Shown in pieces: positions 1 to 11,619 of a DNA stretch of 64,000 nucleotides. Every line of letters starts with the position of its first letter. Positions within the stretch are counted from its first letter, which is position 1. Made by a program: the position numbers and the translations under genes. Origin of the DNA: Marsupella aquatica. Taxonomy: Eukaryota; Plantae; Marchantiophyta. The notes under the pieces are model-generated. The model saw nothing but the letters and a program-made list of their open reading frames with translations, searched no databases and was not told the origin of the DNA. The stretch covers positions 4,974,171 through 5,038,170 of the forward strand of contig OZ316893.1 of NCBI GenBank assembly GCA_973895155.1, written 5' to 3'.

Positions 1-1
1 T

Positions 2-2768
2 TTTGAAGCCTTTGCCAAGCCCGAGGCTGACCGCAGCAAAGCAGCGATTGCCCTCACCGGCAAAATTCCCTACCTCAACGGTGGCCTGTTTCTGCACCAC
101 AAGCTGGAGCTGGACGCTACCCACACCCCGCGCGTCGGCACCACGTTAACGGTGGCAGACGCCGCCTTCAAAGGCATCTTTGAGCTGTTCGCCAGCTTCA
201 CCTGGCACCTGGGCGACACCCCCGGTGGCGATGCGGATGAGATCAACCCCGACGTGCTGGGCTATATCTTCGAGAAATACATCAACAAAAAGCCTTTGGT
301 GCCTACTACACCCGGCCCGAAATCACCGGCTACCTGGCCGAGCGCAGCATCCACAAGCTGATTTTGGAGCGCGTTTACGAGCCCGCCGTGCCTGAGCTCA
401 AGCTCAAAGAAGTCAAGTTCGACACCGTGTCCGACCTGCTGGCCCGCATGGACGCGCGCACCGCCTTGAAGCTGGTGAATGAGGTGCTGCCCAGCATCAC
501 CATTTTGGACCCGGCCGTGGGCTCGGGCGCGTTTTGGTGGCCGCCCTCAAGTGCCTGATCAACGTCTATTACGCCGTGGTGGGCCGCGCAGGCATGGGGG
601 CCAGCAGTGAGCTGGAGAACTGGTTAAAGGGCATCCAAAAAGACCACCCCAGCGTGGGCTACTACATCAAGCGCCGCATCGTCACCGACAACCTGCACGG
701 CGTGGACATCATGGAAGAGGCGTGCGAGATTGCCAAGCTGCGCCTGTTCTTGGCCATGGTGTCATCCGTGCGCCGGGTGGAAGACCTGGAGCCGCTGCCC
801 AATATCGACTTCAACATCCTGCCCGGCAATTCGCTGGTGGGGTTGATGCGGGTGGACCAAGTTGAGTTCAACCAAAAGAACACCCAGATGGGTTTGTTTG
901 CGGAAACCAAGCCGAGGCCGTTTGCCGACCTTTTGGCAGCCAAGAACCGGCAACTTGACACGTACCGCCATCATGCAGAGCAGATGGGCAAGCACGTCAA
1001 CCTTCGTGAGCTTCGGGACGGCATTGACACAGAAATGCGAGATGCAAATGCGGTGATGAATGAGCTGATGCGAGATCAGTTTGAGAAGCTTCAAGTTCGG
1101 TTTGAACAAGCCACTTGGATGACACCAAAAAGCAGCTTGGTAAACCTAAAAAACGCGCCATTGAGCGCGCTGACATCGATGCGCAAACCCCATTCCATTG
1201 GGGGTATGTTTTTGACAAGATCATGCAAGAAAAGGGAGGTTTTGACATCATTCTGGCCAACCCGCCATGGGAAGTGTTCAAGCCCCAAGCCAAGGAGTTT
1301 TTTGCCGAATACTCCAGCTTGGTGACCAAGAACAAGATGGATATCAAGGCGTTTGAGAAGGAGAGCGCAAAGCTGCTGGAAAACGTTGAGGTACGCGACG
1401 CATGGCTGGCATATGAAAGCCGTTTTCCGCACATGAGCGGTTGGTTTCGCGCCGCGCCAGAGTTCAAGCATCAAAGCGCAGTGGTCGGCGGCAAGAAAAC
1501 GGGCAGCGATGTCAATCTGTACAAACTGTTTGTGGAGCGTGCTTTCAATTTGCTGCGGCCGGGTGGGCACTGTGGCATCGTTTTGCCCAGCGGCATTTAT
1601 AAAGATATGGGGACCACTGGCTTACGTGGGATGTTGTTTGATAGCGGTAATGTGGACACGATCATCACCTTGTCAAACGAGAAGTTCATCTTTGAAGAAG
1701 TTGATCACAGGTTCTGTTTTACCTTCCTAACCTTTAGCAAAGGCGGAACGACCGACAAGTTGCGCGCAACATTCCGTATCAACCCGCGAGAGGCTATCAA
1801 AGCAGAGAACTTTTTGTCGTTTGTAAGTGACGATGCAAACTTCGTCGAACTTTCCGCTGAAATAATTTCTTCGTTGAATGCTGAAACTCGCTCCGTACTG
1901 GAATTTAGGTCGATGGGGGACGTAACCATCATGTCCAAAATGCTTCGCTTCCCCCGCTGGCAAGATGCTAGAGAACACTTGGAATCTGCGCCTGACCAAC
2001 GAATTCCACATGACAAATGACAGCGGTGCGTTCAAAACGGAACCATCTTCCGAGCGGCTGCCGCTTTTCACTGGGCGAATGTTCAATCAGTTTGAGTTGA
2101 CTGCAGAGCACTCGGGCTACTACATCAACGAGGCTGTGGGCCGCAGCATGTTGCTAGGCCGTATTCCGGATACGGGGCAGAAGATGGATTACCAAGGCTA
2201 TCGTTGGCTACATCGGCGTATTGCCAGTTCGACAAATTCCCGTACCTTAATTTCTACCATCGCCCCACCAGGTGTGTTCACCGAGGTGAACAGCACTACG
2301 CTCAAAGTCTTGGATAGCGGCATCACGCCAATAGAGCAGTGCTTCTGGAGCGCAGTCGCTAACAGCATGGCGCTGGATTGGCTACTTAGGCAAACAGTGT
2401 CTTCGACGCTGAATATGTTCTATATCTATCAGCTACCGGTTCCACGGTTGCCGGGGACAGACATGCAGTGTCAGACCATTGGTCAACGCGCCGCCCGCCT
2501 CATCTGCACCACCCCCGAATTCGATGACCTTGCCAAAGCCGTGGGCCTGAACCCAACGACCAGCGCGGGGCGAACGGAATACGGCACCACCGACCCCACC
2601 GAGCGCGCAAAACTCCGCGCCGAACTGGATGGCTTGGTCGCCCACCTCTACGGCCTGAGCGAAGCAGAGTTCACGCACATTCTGGGCACCTTTCCCCTGG
2701 TGGCGGAGCCTGTGAAGATTGCGGCGCTGAATGCCTGGCGGGATGTTGAAAGAGGTTTGGTGAAATGA
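2..2768 (+). CDS. Type IIG (Eco57I-like) restriction-modification enzyme / N6-adenine DNA methyltransferase; 5' part lies outside the window, frameshifted
   Basis: Joining frames gives IPYLNGGLF, INPDVLGYIFEKYIN-QKAFGAYYTRPEIT, motif I ILDPAVGSGAFL, LHGVDIMEEACEIAKLRLFL, motif IV GGFDIILANPPW, NLYKLFVER and the C-terminus RAELDGLVAHLYGL. Frame breaks at ~290, ~535, ~1117 and ~1958 fall in homopolymer runs. Confidence 0.9.
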
Positions 2769-2844
2769 GCGAGCGGCCCTTCGTGACGATGGTTGTGATG
2801 AATTACCGACTGTCGCAAGTCTGTAGCGCAATAATGGTGTCGAT

Positions 2845-3343
2845 ATGGATTTGAACGAGCAAAAGCAACAATTTTCAACCGCCTTTGTGCGGGGCAGTCG
2901 CCGCGCGTTGTGGCTTGGCCTATGCCGTGCCCGAGACGGATGACGATAGCGTCGATGCCACCATCGCTTTGCGGGGTGGCAGTGGCACTGTGCGCTCGCC
3001 CAAGCTGGACTTGCAACTTAAATGCACTGCGGGCGCTGTATTGACTGCTACGCATGTGCCATTTGCGCTACCTGTCAAAAATTACGATGAACTTCGTCCC
3101 ACCAATGTGCAGGTGCCGCGCATCCTGGTGGTGGTTCGGGTACCCGACTTTATTGCCAGTTGGATGGATTGCCAGGAGACGGCATTTGCTTTGAGACAAT
3201 GCGCTTATTGGATGAGCCTGCGCGGGTTTGCTGCCACGGCCAACACTTCGACAGTGACAGTGAATATTCCGCGAGTCAATGTGCTTGACCCCGCGGCACT
3301 TGACGCAATTTTTGGGCGACTTACGCTCGGTCAGTTGCCGTGA
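2845..3343 (+). CDS. DUF4365-family protein (PD-(D/E)xK nuclease-like), one frameshift
   Basis: ATG at 2845 reads MDLNEQKQQFSTAFVR. Removing one extra G in the gcgggg run at ~2892 joins AVAARCG...DDDSVD...LDLQLKCT...KNYDELR...PRILVVV...AYWMSLRG, a motif pattern recognised as DUF4365. Confidence 0.75.
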
Positions 3344-4485
3344 ATTTCCAAAGGACTGCCATGAACACAATTGACGTTGGACTTTTGACACCTACTGCGG
3401 TCAGCGCTTACCTGGCTGCGAATGGTTGGCTACATCAGCCAAACACGGCAACTGAAGCGGGTGTGGTTGCAGTAACCTGGACCAAGGGCAACGAACTTGA
3501 GGTGTCGTTGCCATTGCGCCCCGACTATCTGGACTATCGACGCCGTATGACTGAGGTGATCGACACGCTAAGGCGTGTTGAAGAGCGGCCACAAGGGGAG
3601 GTGGTGGCCGATGTTTCTTCATCCGGCTTTGATGTCATGCGCGTGCGTATTGCATCGTCTGAGGCTTCAGAGGGGACGTTGCCATTCGACGAAGCTGCGC
3701 AAATCGTCGGGCGCTCCCGCGACATGGTGCTGGCGGCCGCATGCTCCACGGTTCAGCCGCGTATTTACTACCCATCGCGCAAGCCGCGCGAAGCCAATGA
3801 GTATTTGCGTCGCCTGCGCTTCGGTCAGACAGAGAGAGGCAGTTTTGTGTTTTCCATTCTGTCGCCAGTCGCACCTCGCCTGGCTTCGGGGCAAGCGCAG
3901 CTCGCATTGGATGAGCCGTTTGACAGGCGCGTGGTGGAAAAGCTGTTGTCCGGTATATCAGGGATCCGCAATGCAGCGGCCCATGCAGCAACCACCAAAG
4001 ATGTTTCTTCTTTTGAGCAAGGTATTGAACAAGGCGTAAGCGCCAATTTGTGCGAGGCTCTGGCGGGGTTGACGGGATATGAGGATCTTGAGCACGACGT
4101 AGAAATTAGCTTTTCATGGGCTCTTACGCGGCCCCGGGCGAATGCAACCCAGTTGTTGACGCGAGCGTATGCGTCCGTGATTCGGGAGGCGGCGGCGGTA
4201 CTCAAGGCGAAAGCGCCCGAGGAGGACTTTTTGGCTTTCGGCTCGGTGATCACGCTGAATCGTGCGGACGATGCTGAAATTGGCCAAGTGGTTATGACAG
4301 TGCTGCTCGATGGGCAGGTGCGAAGGGTGGCCTTTGACCTGGATCGGACGGCTTACCAATTGGCCTATGAGGCGCATGGTGCGCGCGAGCCAATATCAGT
4401 GGTCGGAACCTTGGTTAAGGAAGGTCGGCTTTACAAGTTGCGCGACCCCAGAGAAGTGCGCCGCCCCCTGCTCAATGAGAGTTGA
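3340..4485 (+). CDS. Conserved hypothetical protein coupled to the DUF4365 gene
   Basis: Intact 381-codon ORF; the GTG start overlaps the upstream TGA (GTGA at 3340-3343), with an alternative ATG at 3361. Contains GQTERGSFV and GVSANLCEAL motifs. Confidence 0.8.
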   Translation: MNFQRTAMNTIDVGLLTPTAVSAYLAANGWLHQPNTATEAGVVAVTWTKGNELEVSLPLRPDYLDYRRRMTEVIDTLRRVEERPQGEVVADVSSSGFDVMRVRIASSEASEGTLPFDEAAQIVGRSRDMVLAAACSTVQPRIYYPSRKPREANEYLRRLRFGQTERGSFVFSILSPVAPRLASGQAQLALDEPFDRRVVEKLLSGISGIRNAAAHAATTKDVSSFEQGIEQGVSANLCEALAGLTGYEDLEHDVEISFSWALTRPRANATQLLTRAYASVIREAAAVLKAKAPEEDFLAFGSVITLNRADDAEIGQVVMTVLLDGQVRRVAFDLDRTAYQLAYEAHGAREPISVVGTLVKEGRLYKLRDPREVRRPLLNES

Positions 4486-4642
4486 ATTCTCTTGCTGGTT
4501 TCCTTATTTCATTATCTTTGGCGAAAGATAATGAAATCCAAAAATAGTAAAACCCCCTTAATTTCAATGGCTTACTGGTCACGTCATTATCCATTTCTGG
4601 ATAAATAACCAGTTTTTACCCCTCATCAAGCCCCTCAAAAAC

Positions 4643-4669
4643 GAAAATGGCACCCGCAGGTGCCGTTTC
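4643..4669. terminator. Probable bidirectional intrinsic terminator between convergent genes
   Basis: GAAAATGGCACC-CGCA-GGTGCCGTTTC GC-rich hairpin flanked by A/T runs, between the + strand genes and - strand glcB. Confidence 0.65.
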
Positions 4670-4674
4670 ATTAA

Positions 4675-4740
4675 TTTCAGGCATCAAAAGTGCCTGAAGT
4701 CCCCGTCAATAATACGTAGCGTGCTATCAATATTGATGGT
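4675..4740. repeat. Degenerate Comamonadaceae-type intergenic REP-like repeat
   Basis: TTCAGGCA..TGCCTGAA palindrome followed by GCGTGCTATCAATATTGAT. This resembles, from memory, the GCTATC..ATAGC intergenic repeats of Comamonadaceae. Confidence 0.35.
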
Positions 4741-4747
4741 TCCTTGA

Positions 4748-6992
4748 TCAAGCCGTCCCCGCCTTCACCTTCAGCCGCCAGGCATGCAGCAGTGGCTCGG
4801 TGTAGCCACTGGGCTGCGCCAAGCCTTTGAACACCAGATCACACGCCGCCTTGTAGGCCGCTGATGTCTCAAAGTTGCCCGCCATGTTTTTGTACAGCGG
4901 GTCACCGGCGTTCTGGCCATCCACTACGGCGGCCATGCGCTCGAAGGTTTTCCTTGACTTGGGCTTCGGTCACCACGCCATGGTGCAGCCAGTTGGCCAT
5001 GTGCTGGCTGCTGATGCGCAGCGTGGCGCGGTCTTCCATCAGGCCGATGTTGTGGATGTCGGGCACCTTGCTGCAGCCCACGCCCTGGTCGATCCAGCGC
5101 ACCACATAACCCAGAATGCCCTGGGCGTTGTTGTCCAGCTCCTGCTGCTTTTGCTCGGGCGTCCAGTCCGGCGTGGCGGTGACGGGGATGGTCAGCAGGC
5201 CAGCCAGCGTGGCGTTGCGTTCCTTCTTGGCATCCAGCCGGGCGTTGGTTTTTTCAATGCCTTTTTGCACCTTGCTGACCAACACCTGGTGGTAGTGCAG
5301 CGCATGCAGCGTGGCACCGGTGGGGCTGGGTACCCAGGCGGTGTTGGCACCGGCCAGCGGGTGGGCGATTTTCTGCGTCATCATGGCGGCCATCAGGTCG
5401 GGCATGGCCCACATGCCTTTGCCAATTTGTGCCTTGCCGCGCAGGCCACACTGCAGGCCCACTGCCACATTGTTTTTCTCGTAGGCGGCAATCCAGGCGC
5501 TGCTTTTCATGTCGCCCTTGCGGATCATGGGGCCGGCCAACATGGCGCTGTGCATTTCGTCGCCGGTGCGGTCCAGGAAGCCGGTGTTGATGAAGGCCAC
5601 GCGGCTCTTGGCTGCGGCAATACAGGCCTTCAGGTTGACGCTGGTGCGGCGCTCTTCGTCCATGATGCCAAGCTTGACCGTGCTGTCTTTCAGGCCCAGT
5701 ACCTTCTCGACACGGCTGAACAATTCGGCGGCAAAAGCCACTTCAAACGGGCCATGCATTTTGGGCTTGACGATGTAGACGCTGCCTTTGCGCGAATTGC
5801 GGACCGCATCTTTTTTGGTGCGCTTCAGGTCATGCATCGCAATGGTGGTGGTGACCATGGCATCCAGAATGCCTTCGGGGATTTCCTGTGTGCTGCCGTC
5901 GGCGGCGGTGTAGGTGATGGCCGGATTGGTCATCAGGTGGCCCACATTGCGCACAAACATGAGGGAGCGGCCATGCAGGGTGACGGTTTTTCCCTTCGGC
6001 GACGTGTAGACCCGGTCCGGGTTCAAACCGCGGGTGAAGGTGGTGCCACCTTTGGACACTGTTTCTGTCAGCGTGCCCTGCAGAATGCCCAGCCAGTTGC
6101 TGTAGGCCAGTACTTTGTCATCGGCATCCACCACGGCCACCGAGTCTTCCAGGTCCAGAATGGTGGAGAGTGCGGCCTTCCAGCACCAGGTCGCTCACAC
6201 CGGCCGGGTCGGTCTTGCCGATGGCGGTGCTGCGGTCGATCTGGATGTCGATGTGCAGGCCGTTGTGTTGCAGCAGCACGGACGTGGGCGCAGACGGTTT
6301 GCCCTGGTAACCGGTGAACTGGCTGGCATCGGCCAGGCCGGTGGTTTTGCCATTGCTGAGCTTGACGGCCAGCTTGCCGTTGCGCACGCTGTAGCCAGCG
6401 GAATCGATGTGCGAGCCTTTGGCCAGCGGCGCGGTGCGGTCCAGCACGTAGCGGGCGTATTCAATGACCTTGGCCCCGCGTTTGGGGTTGTAGCCCTTGC
6501 CTTTTTCAGCACCGTTCTCCTCGGACAACACATCCGTGCCGTACAGCGCGTCATACAGGCTGCCCCAGCGCGCGTTGGCGGCGTTCAGGGCGTAGCGCGC
6601 GTTCAGGATGGGCACCACCAGTTGGGGCCGGCCTGCTTGGCCAGCTCGGCATCCACGTTGTCGGTGCTGATGGTGAAGGGCTTGGGCTGCGGCACCAGGT
6701 AGCCGGACTTTTCCAGGAAGGCCCGGTAGGCTTTCATATCGCTGGGGCTTTTGGAATCACCTGCGGTGATGGGCCCTGGGTTGGCTGTGTGCCAGGTATC
6801 CAGCTCGGTCTGCAAGCGATCCCGCTCGGCCAGCAGCGCGATGTTCTTCGGGGCCAGATCCGCCACGATGGCATCAAAGCCTTTCCAGAACTTGTCACTG
6901 CTCACCCCCGTACCGGGCAGCACCTTGTCTTCAATGAACTGGTGCAAATTGTTGGCCACTTGCAGGCGGTGAACGGGGGTGCGTGCTGTCAT
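4748..6992 (-). CDS. glcB: Malate synthase G, split by three single-base frameshifts
   Basis: [130 protein letters not shown]. Indels at ~6625, ~6175 and ~4950. Confidence 0.97.
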
Positions 6993-7129
6993 GAAAGGCT
7001 CTCCAAAGAACTCAAATAAAAAGCGGGCTGTGCCGCCGACAGCCGCTATTTTATTGGCAGGCCTCCCATGGAGCGCATTGCACCCGCCGATGGCCCCGTT
7101 TGGGCCTGGACAGACAGACCCTCAAGCGG

Positions 7130-7357
7130 TCAGGACGGCTGCGCCAGCATCCGGTCTTTGGCCACAAAATATTTGCGGGCGTAGGCCACCAGTTGCGCAT
7201 CCGTGGGATGGTCCACGGTCTCCACGCCCACCACCTTGTCGGACATGGCGTGGTCGTGGGTGTGGATGTGTTTGACGAGCTGCAGCTTGGCTTGTGCGGG
7301 ACCCACCACCAGAATCTCCTGCGCACCCGTCAGGGCTTCCACAATGGCGTGGTAGTT
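7130..7357 (-). CDS. C-terminal part of a small bacterial eRF1-domain-2-like ('translational machinery') protein, truncated at the bacteria/plant junction
   Basis: YHAIVEALTGAQEILVVGPAQAKLQLVKHI...VVGVETVDHPTDAQLVAYARKYF is a recognisable family motif. The expected N-terminal part is absent and is replaced by lower-GC sequence. Confidence 0.65.
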   Translation of the reverse strand, partial: NYHAIVEALTGAQEILVVGPAQAKLQLVKHIHTHDHAMSDKVVGVETVDHPTDAQLVAYARKYFVAKDRMLAQPS

Positions 7358-8343
7358 GCGATGGTGCATGCACATAGTGAGCCCATTCAGTGCTGAAAAG
7401 CCGTTCTGGCCTCAATCATTCTTCAATCTTCTTCTTCATCTTCTTCTTCTTCTTCCTGAGCTTGATGGATCGATCCTTCATGTTTTGACCTTCCTTCAAG
7501 TCGTTGTCCACGTACCCGCCTCCTGGCTTGTGAGGACTACGCCAATGTTTTCGATCGACAAATGCTGATGAGATCGATCCAGATAATGGTGACGAGCACT
7601 TGCCTTCGACGCGACGGCAAGTGATCGAGGAATGTTCGAGAAATGATGAGGTAATCATGCTTTGTCTGAGTCGTGCTTTGCCTTGCGGTCTGTGTGTTGT
7701 CGGAGTGCCTTTCTGTTTCTAATGAAGAAGAAAATAGATTGGGGATCGGTGATCAAGTCCTAGTACTAGAATCTCAAATTGTCAGTCAGTCAGGCGGTCC
7801 TCTCAGAGGTAGATTAGTCATCTGGATGGACCACTTTTTGCGGAATGGGATGGAGATACATCTACCCTTGGGCCTGTGCTCTATTTCGTCCTTCATGTGG
7901 TGCTGCATGGGATGGATCCCCACAGCTCGGATCTTTTCTCAGGAGACGCTGTTAGCTTACTTGTTGTACACTGGTGTACGAGAACAAAGATCGAGAACAT
8001 TCAATTCTGAGTAGTGGGCAAGATGTTTTGAACGACGACGACGAACAATGACTTTCCTGTAGACTCCTGCGTGGAAGTCATCATTTGCGAGATTTGAAGA
8101 GCAGCAACCCGGCCAGTAAACCTTATAATTAGGCTCTTTGGCTCACGGTGGCAGTTCAGTAGCTGAGATCTGTGATTAGTTTCATATCTAGAACTTCTCG
8201 ATTTTCTTTCCGCTGCAAAGCTTTGACCTTAGATGTCAGCAGACTGACCACTGCAGACCATGCTGTTATTCTTATTGCAGGCATTACTTTACGGGTGCAG
8301 TCAGAAACGCAAAGTCGAAGATCAATGCTCAACGTCGCCATGT

Positions 8344-8429
8344 ATCTGTGGGGAAGTTTGCCACAAATTGAGATACTTGGAGTTCAAGAACACTTGTTTT
8401 TCAATTTGTAGCAAACTTCCCCACAAGAT
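8344..8429. ncRNA. Pre-miRNA-like hairpin (candidate)
   Basis: 25-bp arms TGTGGGGAAGTTTGCCACAAATTGA (8347-8371) and TCAATTTGTAGCAAACTTCCCCACA (8401-8425). One mismatch (a G-U pair on the minus strand) and a 29-nt loop. Confidence 0.4.
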
Positions 8430-11400
8430 CTGTGGAAGACTTTCTATAGACGGCCCCACCCCCCGATCCCCAGCCACATTGGAAAATTCTGCTTTCTGGA
8501 TCGTCTCCGAAAATGTATCCTCGTGCTGCTCAAGCAGTGCCTTAATTTACGTTTTTTTCATGATTGCCTTCAGGTTCAAGGACAGAAAATACTGCTATTG
8601 TCGTATAGTACAGGATGAGTGTTATACAACGCTGAATTTGCTTCAAGTTATTGCACTCCATAGTTACTTTTAACAATTCTTTTACTAGAGTGTGGTGTGT
8701 ATATATAGATGTCTCCTTGGGTACATCGACAGCAACCGACTTGGTAATTAATAGGCTGAGTGAATCGATCCCGCTACACGGATGAATGATAAAATGCGAT
8801 TCCAAGTCATGCACTTCTGAGGAATATGGGATTTCAGTGACTGTTCATGTTCGTCAGGTCGAAATTTTCAAGGAAAGTTTCTACGAAACACCACACGACC
8901 TTCCTGGACATGCTTTGTGCACATGCAGGTTACACCGAGCTAAATGCCTCAAGTATCACTACAGATCCTTGGGGATCAATTAACTTCAAAGATAGTCCTC
9001 TCTTTCCATTGCTGATTTAGAAACTTAAGTCTAATTTGGTTCATGACATTTTCGGATATAGGGTATATCCGAAATTCCAGCCCAAGTGCACGATATGTCG
9101 ATCATGGTAGCTAGTGAACAGATTTAAATTGTGTTGCGTAGCTGGGTTGTTTCATTCGGAAAGAAGAACATTCAGGTGCCTCTCAACTTGAACCACTAGC
9201 TTTGATCGAAATAATTGGGAAGTGCCCAAGATTCGTCCAAAGTCGTTTGGACAGCTTTACCTTCAAGGTGAATTGGCCAAGTTAATTTGCGCAGTGAGAG
9301 TCTAAAATGTGAACTAGAATGAGTCAGTCCAATTCGAAATGCGAATATCCGTAACCAGACTCATTGAAAACATTTGGCTGTACCGGTCCGATCGATTGCC
9401 AGTGTAATTACTATTGATTTTAATATTCACCTGTATTCTCTTTTACCTCAAGTGTATTGCGGGTTGGCAACACCGCCATAAATATAATCTACGTCTTATT
9501 GGTGAATCGGATATGCACCTTAGAACTAATGCTCCCAGAATCAGTGCAAAATGACATAAAGAGCCACTACAGTAGCTGTCTTTGGTTGTGGCGGGATTCC
9601 GAGTGATCCCATGATCCCATTGGTAGCTTCAGTCTCAAATCGGAACACAGCCTTCAGACAAGAATGTTCCAAGTCCGCAGAAAAATTGCCAGCAAACAAT
9701 CTTATTGCTACTTTATAATCCAGATGAGAAGCCTGATTCGCTGGCACATGGATCGCACAGATCCTCATTCGCTGGCACATGGATCTGGGCCAAGCATGTC
9801 GTGATGGTAAGGTATCATGGGATATCCACACAAAAAAACACTTAAAAATACTGTGTCACTGTTGCTTCGGACCATTTCCGATTCTTTGAAGTTTTCAGAG
9901 TGTCGACTGATCGCACAGATCGTTCATGTACCGTATACCACATGGGTCCTATCCATATTTCATGACTCGGATAGAGTAGTAATTCATTCCAGCTCAGATA
10001 ATTGGGCAAAGACCTTGTGGGACCCTTAGCTTCTTCACGTGGTCTTCTTGCGCAGATTTGCCACTGCACCGAAGCCTGCTTCTATATTCCACAGTAGTCA
10101 CTACGACGGTTCCAAACAGAGCTGAGGCCTCTAGTCTGCAGAACGACATCTATCTTCATGAACAGCATGGTGAAAGGCAGAAAATTAAACCAACAACTCA
10201 AACGATGTGTCCGAGCTTCAGCACAAAGGTTTTTTATGTCATTAACTTACTGTTGTAGCAAGTGCGGTTGAAAGTGTTTTATGGTTCACATTCAGAATCA
10301 TCAATCTTTATGGGCCAAGATTTAAAGGCGGCTCAAATACCCTTAGAATGTCGAATTAACTTCTGCATGTAAGAAGTCGTTACTCTGGCCACAGTGAAGT
10401 ACAATCTGTAGCTCTTAATTTCATACTATGCTTTCGTGGCTCATAATTTACGTCAAAATAATATCGAACAAATCACTTTTTCAGGAGAATTCATTTGCAA
10501 TGAGTGAACTATAATGTTGTGAAATTGGAATGGCATATTGCGAAGTGTTTGGAGCGTGGAAGTGGACACCTTTGCCCGAACGTATTCAACTTTTCATCGT
10601 TTCTGGCTTGAAAGCAATAAGTACCCACAGAACAAGTGTTCAACTGCACAGTAGATGGAAGATGGCCAGCGAGAGAAGTCCCAACAACCCTCGACAGTAA
10701 TCTAGTTCTCAAACTCTTCGTGCGGTTAAGCTTAATTTACGCTTTCAAATCCAGATTATGACCCATCCAGGTTTGTGGTCATAAATCGTCCGGGAACCAA
10801 AGTGCATAATTTTATCAGAATACCATTGCAATTTCTAAAAGTTACCACCAAACACCCCCCATTACTGTTCAACATTTCTTCTGTCCACGTGCCTTGTCGG
10901 CAACAACCACAGTATTTCTTGCCATCGTTGGCCCTCCTTATATGTGAATGCTGTAAGCTTTCTGGGTAGCTTCCCTATTGAAAGCAGCTTGACTGTAGAC
11001 TGAGGCCGATATGGCAAATTTTGCTAAGATCCGGCACACCTATTGCATATTATTATTCAAATTCACTATGGCAAAGGAACTCACGAGTTTAGGATATAGC
11101 CGGAAAACTATCTAAGGAAACTAGAGAATTTGCAATCACCACAAACTTGCACAAATTCAATTCTGCAGCAGGACAGGACATTTCTCAGGTAACTGCTTGC
11201 TCTCTCGATCACCAATCTTCAGTGACCACTCTCGAGCTCTCTCCAAGTCTACTTCAACATTGGTGGGCTTCGAGTTCATACGAACGAAGGGAGCTGATCT
11301 TTTGCACATGTACCCAAACATCATGTAAACTATACAGACCATCGAATTCATGTGCACTCAATATTGAACGGATCATCAGAGTACTGTTTGAGTGGCTCCG

Positions 11401-11619
11401 TACAGCTGTTAATAAACTGAAGGGACCAAGCTACACCAATTCAAGGATGTGAATGTTTTCATTACAGATGAAACCCAATCAGGTTGGAATCCCTTCAGAA
11501 GGCCACAGGTGACTCATTTCCGACTTACTGGACAAGCGGCTGATGATGAAATCGGTACTGTACTTTCCAATTGGCCAGAGTTCTGAGATCACAGGTTCGT
11601 GACCCCAGCTTGCGGTAGC

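Noticed and set aside
4875-6702. Long + strand ORFs (480 aa, 195 aa)
   Set aside because: Antisense shadows of GC-rich glcB; no independent motifs.
1-6992. Calling the bacterial genes true pseudogenes from an ancient HGT
   Set aside because: Lesions are only homopolymer indels, with no nonsense codons seen and no CpG erosion. This fits long-read error better than long residence in a plant genome.
9049-9074. Short hairpin TTTCGGATATA-GGG-TATATCCGAAA
   Set aside because: An 11-bp AT-rich stem with no supporting context.
11570-11615. tRNA-like GGTTCG motif (GAGATCACAGGTTCGTGACCCC)
   Set aside because: No A box or cloverleaf could be built; too weak.
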